From sequence record ON286972: a stretch of DNA of 64,000 nucleotides; one strand, given 5' to 3'. The DNA is from Escherichia phage A4. Positions within the stretch are counted from its first letter, which is position 1, and the number at the start of each line of letters is the position of its first letter. Below, one piece after another: positions 1 through 9,891 of this stretch. Below the pieces are notes generated by a model that did no database searches, was not told the DNA's origin, and worked only from the letters and a program-made list of their open reading frames with translations. The position numbers were made by a program, and so were the translations under genes.

Positions 1-1
1 C

Positions 2-274
2 AAGAAGTACATGAATCATGAAGTACATTATGTTTTCGAGGACGGTAAAGAATATTTTGCTTATTTGAGTCCCAGGAGTTTAGGTAAGTACGAGTTGCTT
101 CAGGATCTTTCTCTTATGCAGGAAGATGAATTATTTCAGTACAGTCTAATTCATGACCCTTATATGTTTGATATAGATATTATGTGCAGTTTACAGAAGA
201 GGATGAAAGAAGTTTGGGATTCGATTAAAAGAGGTGATTGTATAGAATATGATAGTATACAAGAAGATGCCTAA
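2..274 (+). CDS. hypothetical protein, FQxS-motif paralog family (5' partial)
   Basis: Frame open from window edge; C-terminal motif DELFQYSLIHDPY shared with downstream paralogs. Confidence 0.5.
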   Translation, partial: KKYMNHEVHYVFEDGKEYFAYLSPRSLGKYELLQDLSLMQEDELFQYSLIHDPYMFDIDIMCSLQKRMKEVWDSIKRGDCIEYDSIQEDA

Positions 275-467
275 CGGATATGAATTGAAGTACAGACATT
301 TTATTCGAAATGTAGAATCAGATCCTTTTAATGTTAAAATGGCAGAGTTCGATTTATTATTTTATCTAGGAACGAGAGCACAGCCACAATTCGTTGATGC
401 ATACATAAGGGCTTTACGAACAGAGATAGTATGCACACCAAAGGAGTCTAAATGTACAAAAATGTAA
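249..467 (+). CDS. hypothetical small protein, FxLGT-motif family
   Basis: ORF-track ORF; motif LLFYLGTRAQ..YIRAL matches 452..709 and 10494..10918; start 249 or 267. Confidence 0.45.
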   Translation: MIVYKKMPNGYELKYRHFIRNVESDPFNVKMAEFDLLFYLGTRAQPQFVDAYIRALRTEIVCTPKESKCTKM

Positions 468-709
468 ACCATCATTTGTACGCATCAAAGTACAGGGATT
501 TTTGTTTACAAGGGGGCGATGAAGATTTTGCTTTGCGATTATCGGAATTTAATATGTTATTTTATCTTGGTACATCAGTACAAGAAGAAATGGTACAGAA
601 ATTTATCAAGCACCTTGAACGAAAAATTCATACGCAAATTTTGGTTGTTAAGTTACAGAATGAGATAAATGAATACAATGCAGAATCTAACAGTAGTACA
701 GGATCTTAG
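452..709 (+). CDS. hypothetical small protein, FxLGT-motif family
   Basis: Motif MLFYLGTSVQEEMVQKFIKHL, paralog of 249..467. Confidence 0.5.
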   Translation: MYKNVNHHLYASKYRDFCLQGGDEDFALRLSEFNMLFYLGTSVQEEMVQKFIKHLERKIHTQILVVKLQNEINEYNAESNSSTGS

Positions 710-1070
710 ACCAGTAATAATGATGTTAAATGCAAGACGAGATTTATGGCACGAAATGCATAACAACAAGGATTCATTTGCACAAATCAATTTAGTCTTT
801 CAGGAGTTAATCCAGAGTGCATTGGATGTTATAGTACCAAAATACAAAGATGGTATATTCTGTGTAAAGAATGCAGTTCGTCCTCATGCAATTCCAAGGA
901 AAATTAAGTTAGCCAGATTAACATTTGACGAGAGGGATTTCTTCAGTTATAATCCCAGTACAGCTTTATATTTTATTCCTGATTCAGACAAATATCATCC
1001 TATCCATTACGGATGGATTATGTCGTATGTAGTGAATGAAACGGAATACCCTATTAAATGGGAAAGATGA
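669..1070 (+). CDS. hypothetical protein
   Basis: ORF-track ORF in the + strand gene series; no recognised motif. Confidence 0.4.
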   Translation: MNTMQNLTVVQDLRPVIMMLNARRDLWHEMHNNKDSFAQINLVFQELIQSALDVIVPKYKDGIFCVKNAVRPHAIPRKIKLARLTFDERDFFSYNPSTALYFIPDSDKYHPIHYGWIMSYVVNETEYPIKWER

Positions 1071-1255
1071 TGATAGATGCAAAGACATTAAATGCATTAA
1101 ATGCATTACAGGATTCATTATTAGATAGTATTAAGCTGTATTACAATATGCATTTGAGGGGTGGTATCAATGATTACAATTATTATTTGAGTGTAATTAT
1201 ATTTGAGCATCTTTCAGTACAGGATAGAATTTTACACAAGTACAAACATTATTGA
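1058..1255 (+). CDS. hypothetical protein
   Basis: Short ORF, 4-nt overlap with upstream gene. Confidence 0.3.
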   Translation: MGKMMIDAKTLNALNALQDSLLDSIKLYYNMHLRGGINDYNYYLSVIIFEHLSVQDRILHKYKHY

Positions 1256-1266
1256 GGAAACAAAAT

Positions 1267-1617
1267 ATGTTCAATAAAATCATGTTCATTTTAACATTTG
1301 TGTTTTTATCATTTATAAACACCGCACATACAGCACAGGCATCATCGGATGTACCGTTATATGAAACATACAAATTTGATTGCAGATTACAGAATAATGA
1401 AATAATCAATATCTTTTTACACAATACAGAAGTACCTTATTTGCAGATTGAAGCAACGAAGTACATGTATTATGGTACGAATTCAGTACAGGAATTTTTA
1501 TTCAAACACACCAATCAGGATGTAATTATATCATTGCAGTACGTTGATAGTTCATTGTCTTTAATGCATTTCAAGAATGCAGAGGGATTAGTTACAGTGC
1601 TCAAATGCTATAGGTAA
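1267..1617 (+). CDS. hypothetical protein with N-terminal signal-peptide-like hydrophobic segment
   Basis: ATG at 1267 preceded by GAGG; N-terminus MFNKIMFILTFVFLSFINTAHTAQA; track start 1252 is a TTG. Confidence 0.45.
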   Translation: MFNKIMFILTFVFLSFINTAHTAQASSDVPLYETYKFDCRLQNNEIINIFLHNTEVPYLQIEATKYMYYGTNSVQEFLFKHTNQDVIISLQYVDSSLSLMHFKNAEGLVTVLKCYR

Positions 1618-1623
1618 TAATAT

Positions 1624-2139
1624 ATGAATGAAATTGAATTATTAACGCACAAGATTAGTACAATAATGCTTATGCTCAAAAATAATCATCCTATACATAA
1701 GTACATTGATATAGATGAATTACGCATAGAAGATAGGCATGGTAAATTATCGTTTATGTTTCACAATGCAAATAATGCAGGGAATGTTAACGTTTGTATT
1801 GCAGCATTTACCCAAGCCAATCCAGTACAAACATCTCCTGTTGTATACGAAAATAAAGAAGGGTATTTGTGGGTAAACACAAACGATTATTTCTTTTATG
1901 ATTTGAAACAAGATGATGAAGTAGAAGAACGAATTGATTTAATTGATATTAGTACAGATTGTAGTGCTGAATTATTTCAGAAATCGTTATTATATAGTCC
2001 TCGTCAAATGCATTATCTAAAGTTATTCAGTTCATTGTACGCGAATCCTTTAATTAAGGGTTTTAAATTTTATATAAAAGTTCCTGACATTCAAGCAGTT
2101 TATGATATTTTGATGCAAGGATATAGTTATGAAGTATAA
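1624..2139 (+). CDS. hypothetical protein, FQxS-motif paralog family
   Basis: Motif AELFQKSLLYSP. Confidence 0.55.
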   Translation: MNEIELLTHKISTIMLMLKNNHPIHKYIDIDELRIEDRHGKLSFMFHNANNAGNVNVCIAAFTQANPVQTSPVVYENKEGYLWVNTNDYFFYDLKQDDEVEERIDLIDISTDCSAELFQKSLLYSPRQMHYLKLFSSLYANPLIKGFKFYIKVPDIQAVYDILMQGYSYEV

Positions 2140-2437
2140 AATGCTTTATACAAAAGATATGATTTATGTTGAATTAGAAGGCGATGAAGACGGTTGGAAT
2201 TTGATTTATTCAAGTAGTTCAGGTTGGTACATGGCACATTTAAATGATAACGAAGTTACAGATTATTTTGTAGATTTCAATACATTATCAGACGAAGAAT
2301 TGTTTCAACAGCAATTAGTGATTGACACGGGTGGTTATGATGTGTTATTATTAAAAAAGATACAGAAAGCTGTTATGAATTTTAATGCCCAAGTATCCGA
2401 ATGGGAAAGGAAATATTATGACCTCGAAGTACAATAA
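2129..2437 (+). CDS. hypothetical protein, FQxS-like (divergent)
   Basis: Motif EELFQQQLVID. Confidence 0.5.
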   Translation: MKYKMLYTKDMIYVELEGDEDGWNLIYSSSSGWYMAHLNDNEVTDYFVDFNTLSDEELFQQQLVIDTGGYDVLLLKKIQKAVMNFNAQVSEWERKYYDLEVQ

Positions 2438-2786
2438 TACATTTGATATTAATAAGTTAACAGAATGGTTTTATAATATTGAAATTGAAGCTATTCCGTA
2501 TCACAAGTACGAACAACGTGATTTGCGTAGTATAGATATTCGTGAGTTGTACGAGTATTATCAGAGTGCATTAGAGATGCATAAGATATTTTTGAGTACA
2601 GAATACATGACACGTTGTAATGATGCGTTTGATGAATTCAAGAAGAATGATAATTTAGTACAGAAATATGTAATAGCAAAGTACATGTACCTTCAGGGAA
2701 TTACAAGTATAGTGGAATTCAATACAGTTCTTGCTTTAGTTGAGATTATTTTATTATGCAAAAATGTAAAGTGGAATTTAGTTTAG
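2385..2786 (+). CDS. hypothetical protein
   Basis: ORF-track ORF; start uncertain (alternative ATG ~2418). Confidence 0.45.
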   Translation: MPKYPNGKGNIMTSKYNNTFDINKLTEWFYNIEIEAIPYHKYEQRDLRSIDIRELYEYYQSALEMHKIFLSTEYMTRCNDAFDEFKKNDNLVQKYVIAKYMYLQGITSIVEFNTVLALVEIILLCKNVKWNLV

Positions 2787-3253
2787 AGAGTGCTGTACAG
2801 TACGTTAAGTACATTGAAGGTGTATACAATATAATGAAAGCATATGAAGGAAAAGGATATGCTTCAATAAATCACAAATATGATTACATCAACAATCAGT
2901 TAGAAGAATCAAATTCAGGTAAAGTGCTTTTTAGTTTTTTATATTTTGCTCCTGACAATGTATATCCTGATGAAGATGATCTTCGTCTGGATAGAGATGA
3001 CCTGTGGTATATGTATCCAGGACGTGATAAGCCAATGGATGATGCTTTGTTGGAAATCAAATACAGTACAGAACCATTGACACCGGAGTTGTGGTTCCAG
3101 TACAGTACAATACATGAAGAAATTGATATCTTTTTCTACGCAATATACAAGATGCTTTATGAGAATGGTGTGCTTAAGAATCATGTATATTTTTATTTCC
3201 AGCAAATGAAAAATGTATATGAGTCCTTTTACCCAACCGAGCCTGTATCGTAA
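2756..3253 (+). CDS. hypothetical protein, FQxS-motif paralog family
   Basis: Motif ELWFQYSTIHEE. Confidence 0.55.
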   Translation: MQKCKVEFSLESAVQYVKYIEGVYNIMKAYEGKGYASINHKYDYINNQLEESNSGKVLFSFLYFAPDNVYPDEDDLRLDRDDLWYMYPGRDKPMDDALLEIKYSTEPLTPELWFQYSTIHEEIDIFFYAIYKMLYENGVLKNHVYFYFQQMKNVYESFYPTEPVS

Positions 3254-3278
3254 GATATGGGCTTTTTTCGTTTTGGTA

Positions 3279-3307
3279 TTGACATAGAAGACCAAAGCTG
3301 TTATCAT
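3279..3307 (+). promoter_or_regulatory. sigma70-like promoter (TTGACA-17-TATCAT)
   Basis: Hexamers read in intergenic spacer upstream of 3334; AGGAG RBS follows. Confidence 0.4.
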
Positions 3308-3333
3308 GTGTATTCATTTTAAAGGAGACATTT

Positions 3334-3858
3334 ATGGCGAGTTTCATGATCCCAAGTACATACGAAGATGCATCAAGTGCAGTGTATAAGGTTCATTATA
3401 TTTTTAATTTAATTATTAGTGCATCAAAAAATAAAATGTATGCACCTCTTGTGAAATATGATAAAAATGAGGAAATTTTTGTTAGCACAGAACAAACGAT
3501 TTTTCCATATTTCAAAGAAGATAGATTGTGGTTCATGCATTCAGTCGTATTACAAAGATATAATATAACAAGGTCCAATGAGCATGATTATTTGGATATA
3601 CAATTAGATCAACCCGATATTGGAGAGGATGAATATTTTCAGTACAGCACAGTACACCACCATGAAGATATCTTTGCTGCTATGCTTATTGCTAAATTGA
3701 ACACCGTTGATTTGGAGCAGCACAAATACAATAATAAATCATGTAAGATCATAATCCCTGCATTCATTGCTCTTTATGATTACATTGTGCATAACAAAAA
3801 AGATGATACCTATGCTTTCAATGAAGAGTATTTGGATTTTTTTAAGGAGAACATATGA
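3334..3858 (+). CDS. hypothetical protein, FQxS-motif paralog family
   Basis: Motif EYFQYSTVHHHED; RBS AGGAG upstream. Confidence 0.6.
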   Translation: MASFMIPSTYEDASSAVYKVHYIFNLIISASKNKMYAPLVKYDKNEEIFVSTEQTIFPYFKEDRLWFMHSVVLQRYNITRSNEHDYLDIQLDQPDIGEDEYFQYSTVHHHEDIFAAMLIAKLNTVDLEQHKYNNKSCKIIIPAFIALYDYIVHNKKDDTYAFNEEYLDFFKENI

Positions 3859-4379
3859 GCAGTTCAACAATACAGAAAGCAATGACATTCAATGAAATTG
3901 GTGCATTTAAAGATAAGATTATTGATTGTATTGAATACGCGATTTGTAGTAATATCAAAAGTATAGAGGTATTTAACAAGTCAAATCGCTCTTACCATAT
4001 GATGTACATTGCAAACAATAATGGTATCATTCCATTTGTTTCGGATAGTACAATATGGTTCGCTTGCGATGTGAAAAAATACACAATAGGTTCATATGTC
4101 TTCGGTAAACATGGTGATCTAATTATTCCTGAGCATTGTATGCAAGAAGAAGAATATTTTCAAAAGCAATGTGTACATGAACCATTAGAGATGGTTGCTT
4201 TATATATGATACCTTATATCTCTAAATGTGTTCATGAGAATAAAGCTCCGTGGAATCATGAATTTGTATCGTTGAAGTTATTGTATAATGTTTTAGTACA
4301 ATATTATGATTACAGGCACAATGGTACAATCAGTGATGTATGGGATTTCGAAAATTTAAGGGTAAGTACATATGCATAA
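3855..4379 (+). CDS. hypothetical protein, FQxS-motif paralog family
   Basis: Motif EEYFQKQCVHEP; ATGA overlap with upstream gene. Confidence 0.55.
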   Translation: MSSSTIQKAMTFNEIGAFKDKIIDCIEYAICSNIKSIEVFNKSNRSYHMMYIANNNGIIPFVSDSTIWFACDVKKYTIGSYVFGKHGDLIIPEHCMQEEEYFQKQCVHEPLEMVALYMIPYISKCVHENKAPWNHEFVSLKLLYNVLVQYYDYRHNGTISDVWDFENLRVSTYA

Positions 4380-5010
4380 TTTTCCCAGAAATGCTTCACC
4401 GTATGAGGTGATGAAGTTCATGGAGCCTCATGTTCCTTATATGTTTGAAATGCTAAAGAAGTTCAATGCTATTTTCCCTGAGAATTCAAAATTGGAGATT
4501 CCATTTGATTCCGCATCCAGATACAGTGCATCCTGTGGTAAATTAGTTTTAGTTATCGGTAGTGACAGAATTGGTTTCAGGGAAGTATTTGACACGTCAT
4601 TAGCATTTGGTATATTCGATAACAACAATAACATCACATACATTGACAAGTACATTTGCGACATAGCAGGTTCCTCTAAGCCTGATTCCTTTGTGGATTC
4701 AGTTGCAGATTATGGTGTTTCAAAAGATGGTAATGTAATAAGTACAAAGACGTTCATATCATTATCGTTAGAAGATGACATATGTTACATTGCAGGTCAA
4801 GAGTACGAGGGTGTAGAGGAAGTGCTTTTTCAAATGTCCTTAGTACAGAAGGATATGGTGGACCCTACCGAAATCCTGAAGTTGTGCAAATATGCGAATG
4901 AGTACAAGAAATTGATTGAACCTGGGTTTAGTTTCAGTGCACAGAGTCCACATTTTCAGATAAAAGTATATGAAGATTTCATTTTGAAGTTAAAAGAGAT
5001 TGTGTTATAA
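4372..5010 (+). CDS. hypothetical protein, FQxS-motif paralog family
   Basis: Motif EVLFQMSLVQKD. Confidence 0.55.
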   Translation: MHNFPRNASPYEVMKFMEPHVPYMFEMLKKFNAIFPENSKLEIPFDSASRYSASCGKLVLVIGSDRIGFREVFDTSLAFGIFDNNNNITYIDKYICDIAGSSKPDSFVDSVADYGVSKDGNVISTKTFISLSLEDDICYIAGQEYEGVEEVLFQMSLVQKDMVDPTEILKLCKYANEYKKLIEPGFSFSAQSPHFQIKVYEDFILKLKEIVL

Positions 5011-5053
5011 TACGCTATAACATGCAATAACACACAATACAACAAAGACGGGA

Positions 5054-5599
5054 GTGATTGATATGATCCAGCACAAACATTTTGAGTACGAGTTCGCTGA
5101 CAATTTAGTAAAAATCGTACAGGCGTTTGAGGCTGGGGATTTTGACCACATCTATCCTAAGCACAAGGAAGGATGGCTTGAGCCTAAGAGCGATATTGAA
5201 CAGTATCCCTCTATTGTGTATTACAGGAGAGATACGGTAATGCACGCTGTAGGTGAGAAGATGCAGTTAGAGTATTGTCTTTTGTTCAATGCTATTACAT
5301 CGGCTACATCAGCATCTGAAGAGTTCGCTCCAGTGAATTGGATTCGTTATTTGGATATGAGCAAGAGAGAGGAAGAAACCTTTTTTGGTTTAACAAAGCA
5401 CGTTGATATTGCAACCTTAAATCCTAACATCCTGAGTCCTGAAGAATATTTTCAGGAGTCCTTAGTACAAGATCCTTATGTTTTACAGGTGCAGCAAGTA
5501 TATAATGTATTACGTGCTAATGTGAAAACGAATTTCTTTTTAGCTTTAACGTGGTACGATAGGTTAGTAAAAGATCTCAAAGAGATTAAGGGGGAGTAA
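5054..5599 (+). CDS. hypothetical protein, FQxS-motif paralog family
   Basis: Motif EEYFQESLVQDPY. Confidence 0.6.
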   Translation: MIDMIQHKHFEYEFADNLVKIVQAFEAGDFDHIYPKHKEGWLEPKSDIEQYPSIVYYRRDTVMHAVGEKMQLEYCLLFNAITSATSASEEFAPVNWIRYLDMSKREEETFFGLTKHVDIATLNPNILSPEEYFQESLVQDPYVLQVQQVYNVLRANVKTNFFLALTWYDRLVKDLKEIKGE

Positions 5600-6165
5600 T
5601 GCTGGACCTTCAGGACATAGAAAGTACATGCAAAGTGATAGAAGATGATTTAGAATACATCAAGGGGTTGTATTTAATTGTAGATAGGATTTACAAAAAT
5701 CCGAATGCGTTTCAGGAAACGTACCAGCATGATAAATTTCGTCACGATGCAATCATTACGCTTATGTCGGATTTATCGATTTACGAAAGAAAATCCAACA
5801 AATCACATAGTGTATTATTTGTGAGTACAGATAGATTTTACAGTACAACATCAATTTGTTCAGATGTATCATGTGCATGGTTCAGTTCAAATGAATATAT
5901 AACAGTTAAAAATAATGGCGAAAATGAGAAATTAAAAGTAAGTGAGCTTATTGATTTGATGCCATATAGTCCTGATGTAGTGTTTCAGTACAGTACATTG
6001 CACGATTATAATTCAATACGATATCGTTATTTTGTTAAGCATTATTATGATACCTTCGGGGAGTTAACGGAGAAGTTAACGTTGAGATTTGACAGAGATA
6101 TCGATCTCGTTGCATTGAATCAGTACCTTCAGGAAGTGTTTGATATAAACGCGGAAAAGGGGTAA
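5599..6165 (+). CDS. hypothetical protein, FQxS-motif paralog family
   Basis: Motif VVFQYSTLHDYN. Confidence 0.6.
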   Translation: MLDLQDIESTCKVIEDDLEYIKGLYLIVDRIYKNPNAFQETYQHDKFRHDAIITLMSDLSIYERKSNKSHSVLFVSTDRFYSTTSICSDVSCAWFSSNEYITVKNNGENEKLKVSELIDLMPYSPDVVFQYSTLHDYNSIRYRYFVKHYYDTFGELTEKLTLRFDRDIDLVALNQYLQEVFDINAEKG

Positions 6166-6379
6166 TTTTAAAATGATAAATATAGGCTTGTTTTTGGGGG
6201 CGTTTTGGGGGGTCAAAAAAATTTTCGCTGAAAAACATGTTAAGGTATATGTTTAATATAAAATTTTATATTGTGTTTTTCAGAGTACAGTTCATGTTTC
6301 CTTAAACAAAAAATACCCCCCGCCGCCGAACGTGCTCCTTATATTGGAGTTTACCTTATTAATTATAGTAGAGGTTATT

Positions 6380-6736
6380 ATGAGCAATGATTTTGCTATT
6401 CACAGTTTTTTCTACAAAAAGGTTGAGTTCTATTGTAATCTCGTTAAGGGTGATACCAATCATTCGTTGGACCAATATATTAAGTACACCTCAAATGGAT
6501 TTTCTTTTGTTGATTACGGTCGAGTTGGTGGTGGTGTTAATGAACCTATGCTGGACTATACAGAAATGGATGAGGCTACTCTATTTCAGGAATCATTAGT
6601 GTTCGATAAGAAATATATTTGTACACTAGATGAAGTTATTGGTATTCAGAATATCATGAAAGAATACTCTGCGAAGTGCATGATGGAATTAACTCAAGAT
6701 AAGCACAAGACTGTTCAGTGCTATTTCAATCTTTAG
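6380..6736 (+). CDS. hypothetical protein, FQxS-motif paralog family
   Basis: Motif ATLFQESLVFDKK; ATG at 6380 with GAGG RBS preferred over track start 6332. Confidence 0.55.
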   Translation: MSNDFAIHSFFYKKVEFYCNLVKGDTNHSLDQYIKYTSNGFSFVDYGRVGGGVNEPMLDYTEMDEATLFQESLVFDKKYICTLDEVIGIQNIMKEYSAKCMMELTQDKHKTVQCYFNL

Positions 6737-7092
6737 GGGTCTTAACTATGACATACAATGAATACCGTGAAATAGATCTTCTCCAGAATACATTATATGA
6801 AATTGAAGATTTAATGCACGGATGGACAAGTCTTTCTTTCTTTAATGAAATGTTCGAAGAAATAAAAGTAGTACTACAGAAAAAACATAATGGTACTAAA
6901 ATTAAAATAAAGACTTTCACTGGAGAAGTCTGGTGCGGAGAAATTGTGAAATACATTATAACTCGCAATAACGCATCATTCTGTTTGAATACTGGTCATT
7001 ACAGAAATCATTTCAACAATAGCAGTACTCAAGTTATTTCCGAGGAAGAATACAATGAGCACTGTAATAAACTTCTTAAGAGTAGATTCTAA
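6718..7092 (+). CDS. hypothetical protein
   Basis: ORF-track ORF; alternative start ~6748. Confidence 0.4.
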   Translation: MLFQSLGVLTMTYNEYREIDLLQNTLYEIEDLMHGWTSLSFFNEMFEEIKVVLQKKHNGTKIKIKTFTGEVWCGEIVKYIITRNNASFCLNTGHYRNHFNNSSTQVISEEEYNEHCNKLLKSRF

Positions 7093-7418
7093 TGAATACT
7101 AAAATATATGTTTCTTCAAGTACAATGGGAAGTGGTTTTACTTATACGTGCTTTTTTACTACATTGAATAAAACACCTATATTGATTATTCGTGATTTCA
7201 ATGAATGTAATATTGAGTACGTATCCAAAACAGATAAGCTTCCTAATTACATCGAATGTGAATACATGGAGAACTATGAAAGTTTTATATTTCAGGAATC
7301 ATTAGTATGGGATAAAGAAATCGATTTCTTTATGTACCTTGCATTACAAAAGTACTACAGAGATAACAAGGACAAAATAGTTCGTTCTTGCATTTATTCT
7401 ATTAATCTGGAGTACTGA
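7092..7418 (+). CDS. hypothetical protein, FQxS-motif paralog family
   Basis: Motif FIFQESLVWDKE. Confidence 0.55.
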   Translation: MNTKIYVSSSTMGSGFTYTCFFTTLNKTPILIIRDFNECNIEYVSKTDKLPNYIECEYMENYESFIFQESLVWDKEIDFFMYLALQKYYRDNKDKIVRSCIYSINLEY

Positions 7419-7589
7419 TGCTTAAAAAAGAACAAATGGAATCATTAATGAATGCAGTTATTCGTCGTTTTGTTAAAGACATTAGTCATAAAAACTGTAT
7501 TACAAATGACAGGTACGGTATAGAATTGTATATAGCTAATATTCACATGGCGTACAGAGAATATATTAAGACACGTCACAGGGGTTGAA

Positions 7590-8072
7590 ATGAGTTTAGA
7601 AAGTGCATTGAAAGAAGCAAAGAAGATTCATGAGTACATGAATATGGCAAAAGAAGGTTCAGTTTACGGTATTTTCAAAGACACAAGTACTCAATATTAT
7701 GTCTCTGATAACCTCATTGATAATGACTTCCCAGATACAGAAACGTGCGTACTAGATACCGACCCTAATGATTATGAATGTTTCATTGATATGCATAATG
7801 AGTACATGGTCTATGTTAATGATGGAGATATTACCATCTACAGTACTGTCCACGATACCGATGACATTATAATTCCGTGTGCAGTACTGGATGGTCCTTG
7901 GGATAGTGAAGAGTATTACTTCCAACAAAGTACTGTATACAATGAAGAAGAACTTGATTGTATTGTAATTATGTGGTACTTTAAAAGTATTGGTTCTGAG
8001 AACTTCTATTTCGATTACAGATACGTAAAGAAAACTGTAGATAACGGTATTAATAAACTTCACAGGGGTTGA
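7590..8072 (+). CDS. hypothetical protein, FQxS family, tandem copy 1 of 4
   Basis: N-terminus MSLESALKEAKKIHEYM, motif EYYFQQSTVYNEE..IMWYFKS; near-identical to 8984..9439. Confidence 0.65.
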   Translation: MSLESALKEAKKIHEYMNMAKEGSVYGIFKDTSTQYYVSDNLIDNDFPDTETCVLDTDPNDYECFIDMHNEYMVYVNDGDITIYSTVHDTDDIIIPCAVLDGPWDSEEYYFQQSTVYNEEELDCIVIMWYFKSIGSENFYFDYRYVKKTVDNGINKLHRG

Positions 8073-8073
8073 A

Positions 8074-8544
8074 ATGAGTTTAGAAAGAGCATTAGAGATT
8101 GCGAAGTTAATTGATTTATGCAGCAAAGAAATTGTATCAAATTGTCTCAATGGATATCTATTCAAGGAAGGTAAATCATATTGTCGAATGATATACGATG
8201 ACAGTAGTGAATATATTCATATGTATGAAGAAAATTTAGATTCTTCTGAAACAACACTCATTGGATGTGATGTTAATTTGGAAGATAATTACATGTACTT
8301 CTGTCGTGATGCTGATATTTTAATCCAAGATTCATTTATTCAAACAGGTGCACCAGAGGTATATATTCCGTATTCAGTACTGGATAATGACTGGGGAAGT
8401 GAAGAGTTCTACTTCCAGCAGAATACTATCTACGAGGAAGATGTGCTTGACAAGCTTGTCATTCTGTGGTACTTTAACAACACTGATTGTCCTAGCTTCT
8501 ATATGGACTTGGATCTATTACGAGTTATAAAAGAGGATATATGA
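8074..8544 (+). CDS. hypothetical protein, FQxS family, tandem copy 2 of 4
   Basis: MSLERALEIAK.., motif EFYFQQNTIYEED..ILWYFNN. Confidence 0.65.
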   Translation: MSLERALEIAKLIDLCSKEIVSNCLNGYLFKEGKSYCRMIYDDSSEYIHMYEENLDSSETTLIGCDVNLEDNYMYFCRDADILIQDSFIQTGAPEVYIPYSVLDNDWGSEEFYFQQNTIYEEDVLDKLVILWYFNNTDCPSFYMDLDLLRVIKEDI

Positions 8545-8984
8545 GTTTAGTAAGTGCACTTGAACTGGCACACAAAATACATCACTTCCACGATAACATA
8601 AAAAGTGGGTTCTATGGTGATAAAGTAAGTGCTTTTGGTAATGAGTATTATCTATCAGGTATAAAGACATACTCTGCTGATATTTTACTTATGGGTCATG
8701 ATAAAGACAATACTATACAGTACTCTTCATGTAGTCAATATACTAGTTTTATGGTATATATTCCAGGTACTAAGATTACTTTTGACACATCAAATTCACC
8801 TGTTGACTTCGGGGTACTTGATGGCCCGTGGGGTACTGAAGAGTATTACTTCCAACAGAGTCTCATTTTTAACCAAGAAATGCTTGATTCCTTGGTTGTG
8901 TTGTGGTACTTTAAGGAATTGAATTTTGAACCATTCTTTCTTGACTGGGGAGCATGTGAATATTTAAGTACAGGGGATTTGTAA
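8541..8984 (+). CDS. hypothetical protein, FQxS family, tandem copy 3 of 4
   Basis: MSLVSALELAHK.., motif EYYFQQSLIFNQE..VLWYFKE. Confidence 0.65.
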   Translation: MSLVSALELAHKIHHFHDNIKSGFYGDKVSAFGNEYYLSGIKTYSADILLMGHDKDNTIQYSSCSQYTSFMVYIPGTKITFDTSNSPVDFGVLDGPWGTEEYYFQQSLIFNQEMLDSLVVLWYFKELNFEPFFLDWGACEYLSTGDL

Positions 8985-9439
8985 TGTCGTTACAAAGTGC
9001 ATTGAAAGAAGCAAAGAAGATTCATGAGTACATGATTAAGGTCAAAGGTGGAGAAATTCCAGGTATCTTCAAAATGTCAGAGACTGAATATTGCACGAAG
9101 AATATTGAGGATTTTGATGGTTCTGATACATTAGTACTGCAATGTGATGATTATGATCATGATAATTGTGGTTATAACCCTTTGTACTACTTTATCAATT
9201 ACTACCCAGGGTCAGATATAACCGTATACAACCCTGATTATTATGCTAAAGATTTGACAATTCCGTTTTCAGTACTGGATGGTCCGTGGGATAGTGAAGA
9301 GTATTACTTTCAGCAAAGTACTGTATATACTGAACATGAACTCGATACTCTGGTCATTATGTGGTACTTTAAAAGTATAGATTCAACATGTTTCTATATG
9401 GATTATGAATACATAGAGACACAGAAATATAAGAGGTAA
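8984..9439 (+). CDS. hypothetical protein, FQxS family, tandem copy 4 of 4
   Basis: MSLQSALKEAKKIHEYM, motif EYYFQQSTVYTEHE..IMWYFKS. Confidence 0.65.
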   Translation: MSLQSALKEAKKIHEYMIKVKGGEIPGIFKMSETEYCTKNIEDFDGSDTLVLQCDDYDHDNCGYNPLYYFINYYPGSDITVYNPDYYAKDLTIPFSVLDGPWDSEEYYFQQSTVYTEHELDTLVIMWYFKSIDSTCFYMDYEYIETQKYKR

Positions 9440-9444
9440 TTGTA

Positions 9445-9891
9445 ATGTTTTTTTATTATTATGAAGTAAATGATAAGTTGGTTCAGGATATTGTACAAAT
9501 AATCAAGTACTTCAATGATAATCCTAACGTATTGGGTAGTGAGCTTGAATACGAGAAAGGTGGGTGTGTATATTTTACTTTCTGTGGTGGGTGCTCGGAA
9601 GAGCAATCATTTTTCAATTCTTATTCAAATTACATCTCCTATAATGCACTTGCAGACGAGTTGATTGTGGTACGTGACAGTAGTGATGACCGTACAGTGT
9701 ATACCAGAGAGACAATACAAAGTGTAGGTAATGAAGAAGGATACTTTCAATTGAGTACAGTACTGAATCATGAAGAACTACATGTATTACGTTTGTTTTA
9801 TCTTATTAGTACTATGAACTTGAAGCACGATCAGGTATACATTGATTTAGATTACTTTGAGTACTTACGTAAGATTAGTTCTAAAAAATAA
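9445..9891 (+). CDS. hypothetical protein, FQxS-motif paralog family
   Basis: Motif GYFQLSTVLNHEE; C-terminal VYIDLDYFEYL. Confidence 0.6.
   Translation: MFFYYYEVNDKLVQDIVQIIKYFNDNPNVLGSELEYEKGGCVYFTFCGGCSEEQSFFNSYSNYISYNALADELIVVRDSSDDRTVYTRETIQSVGNEEGYFQLSTVLNHEELHVLRLFYLISTMNLKHDQVYIDLDYFEYLRKISSKK

Noticed and set aside
7418-7567. Short ORF (~49 aa) between 7092..7418 and 7590..8072
   Set aside because: Below the size cutoff with no recognisable motif; probably a remnant left by the tandem duplication, so not called as a gene.
7588-7625. Apparent 2-nt discrepancy between my manual reading and the ORF-track start of 7590..8072
   Set aside because: Most likely my own base-level misreading; ORF-track coordinates were used for CDS calls, and hand-read coordinates of hairpins and promoters should be taken as approximate.
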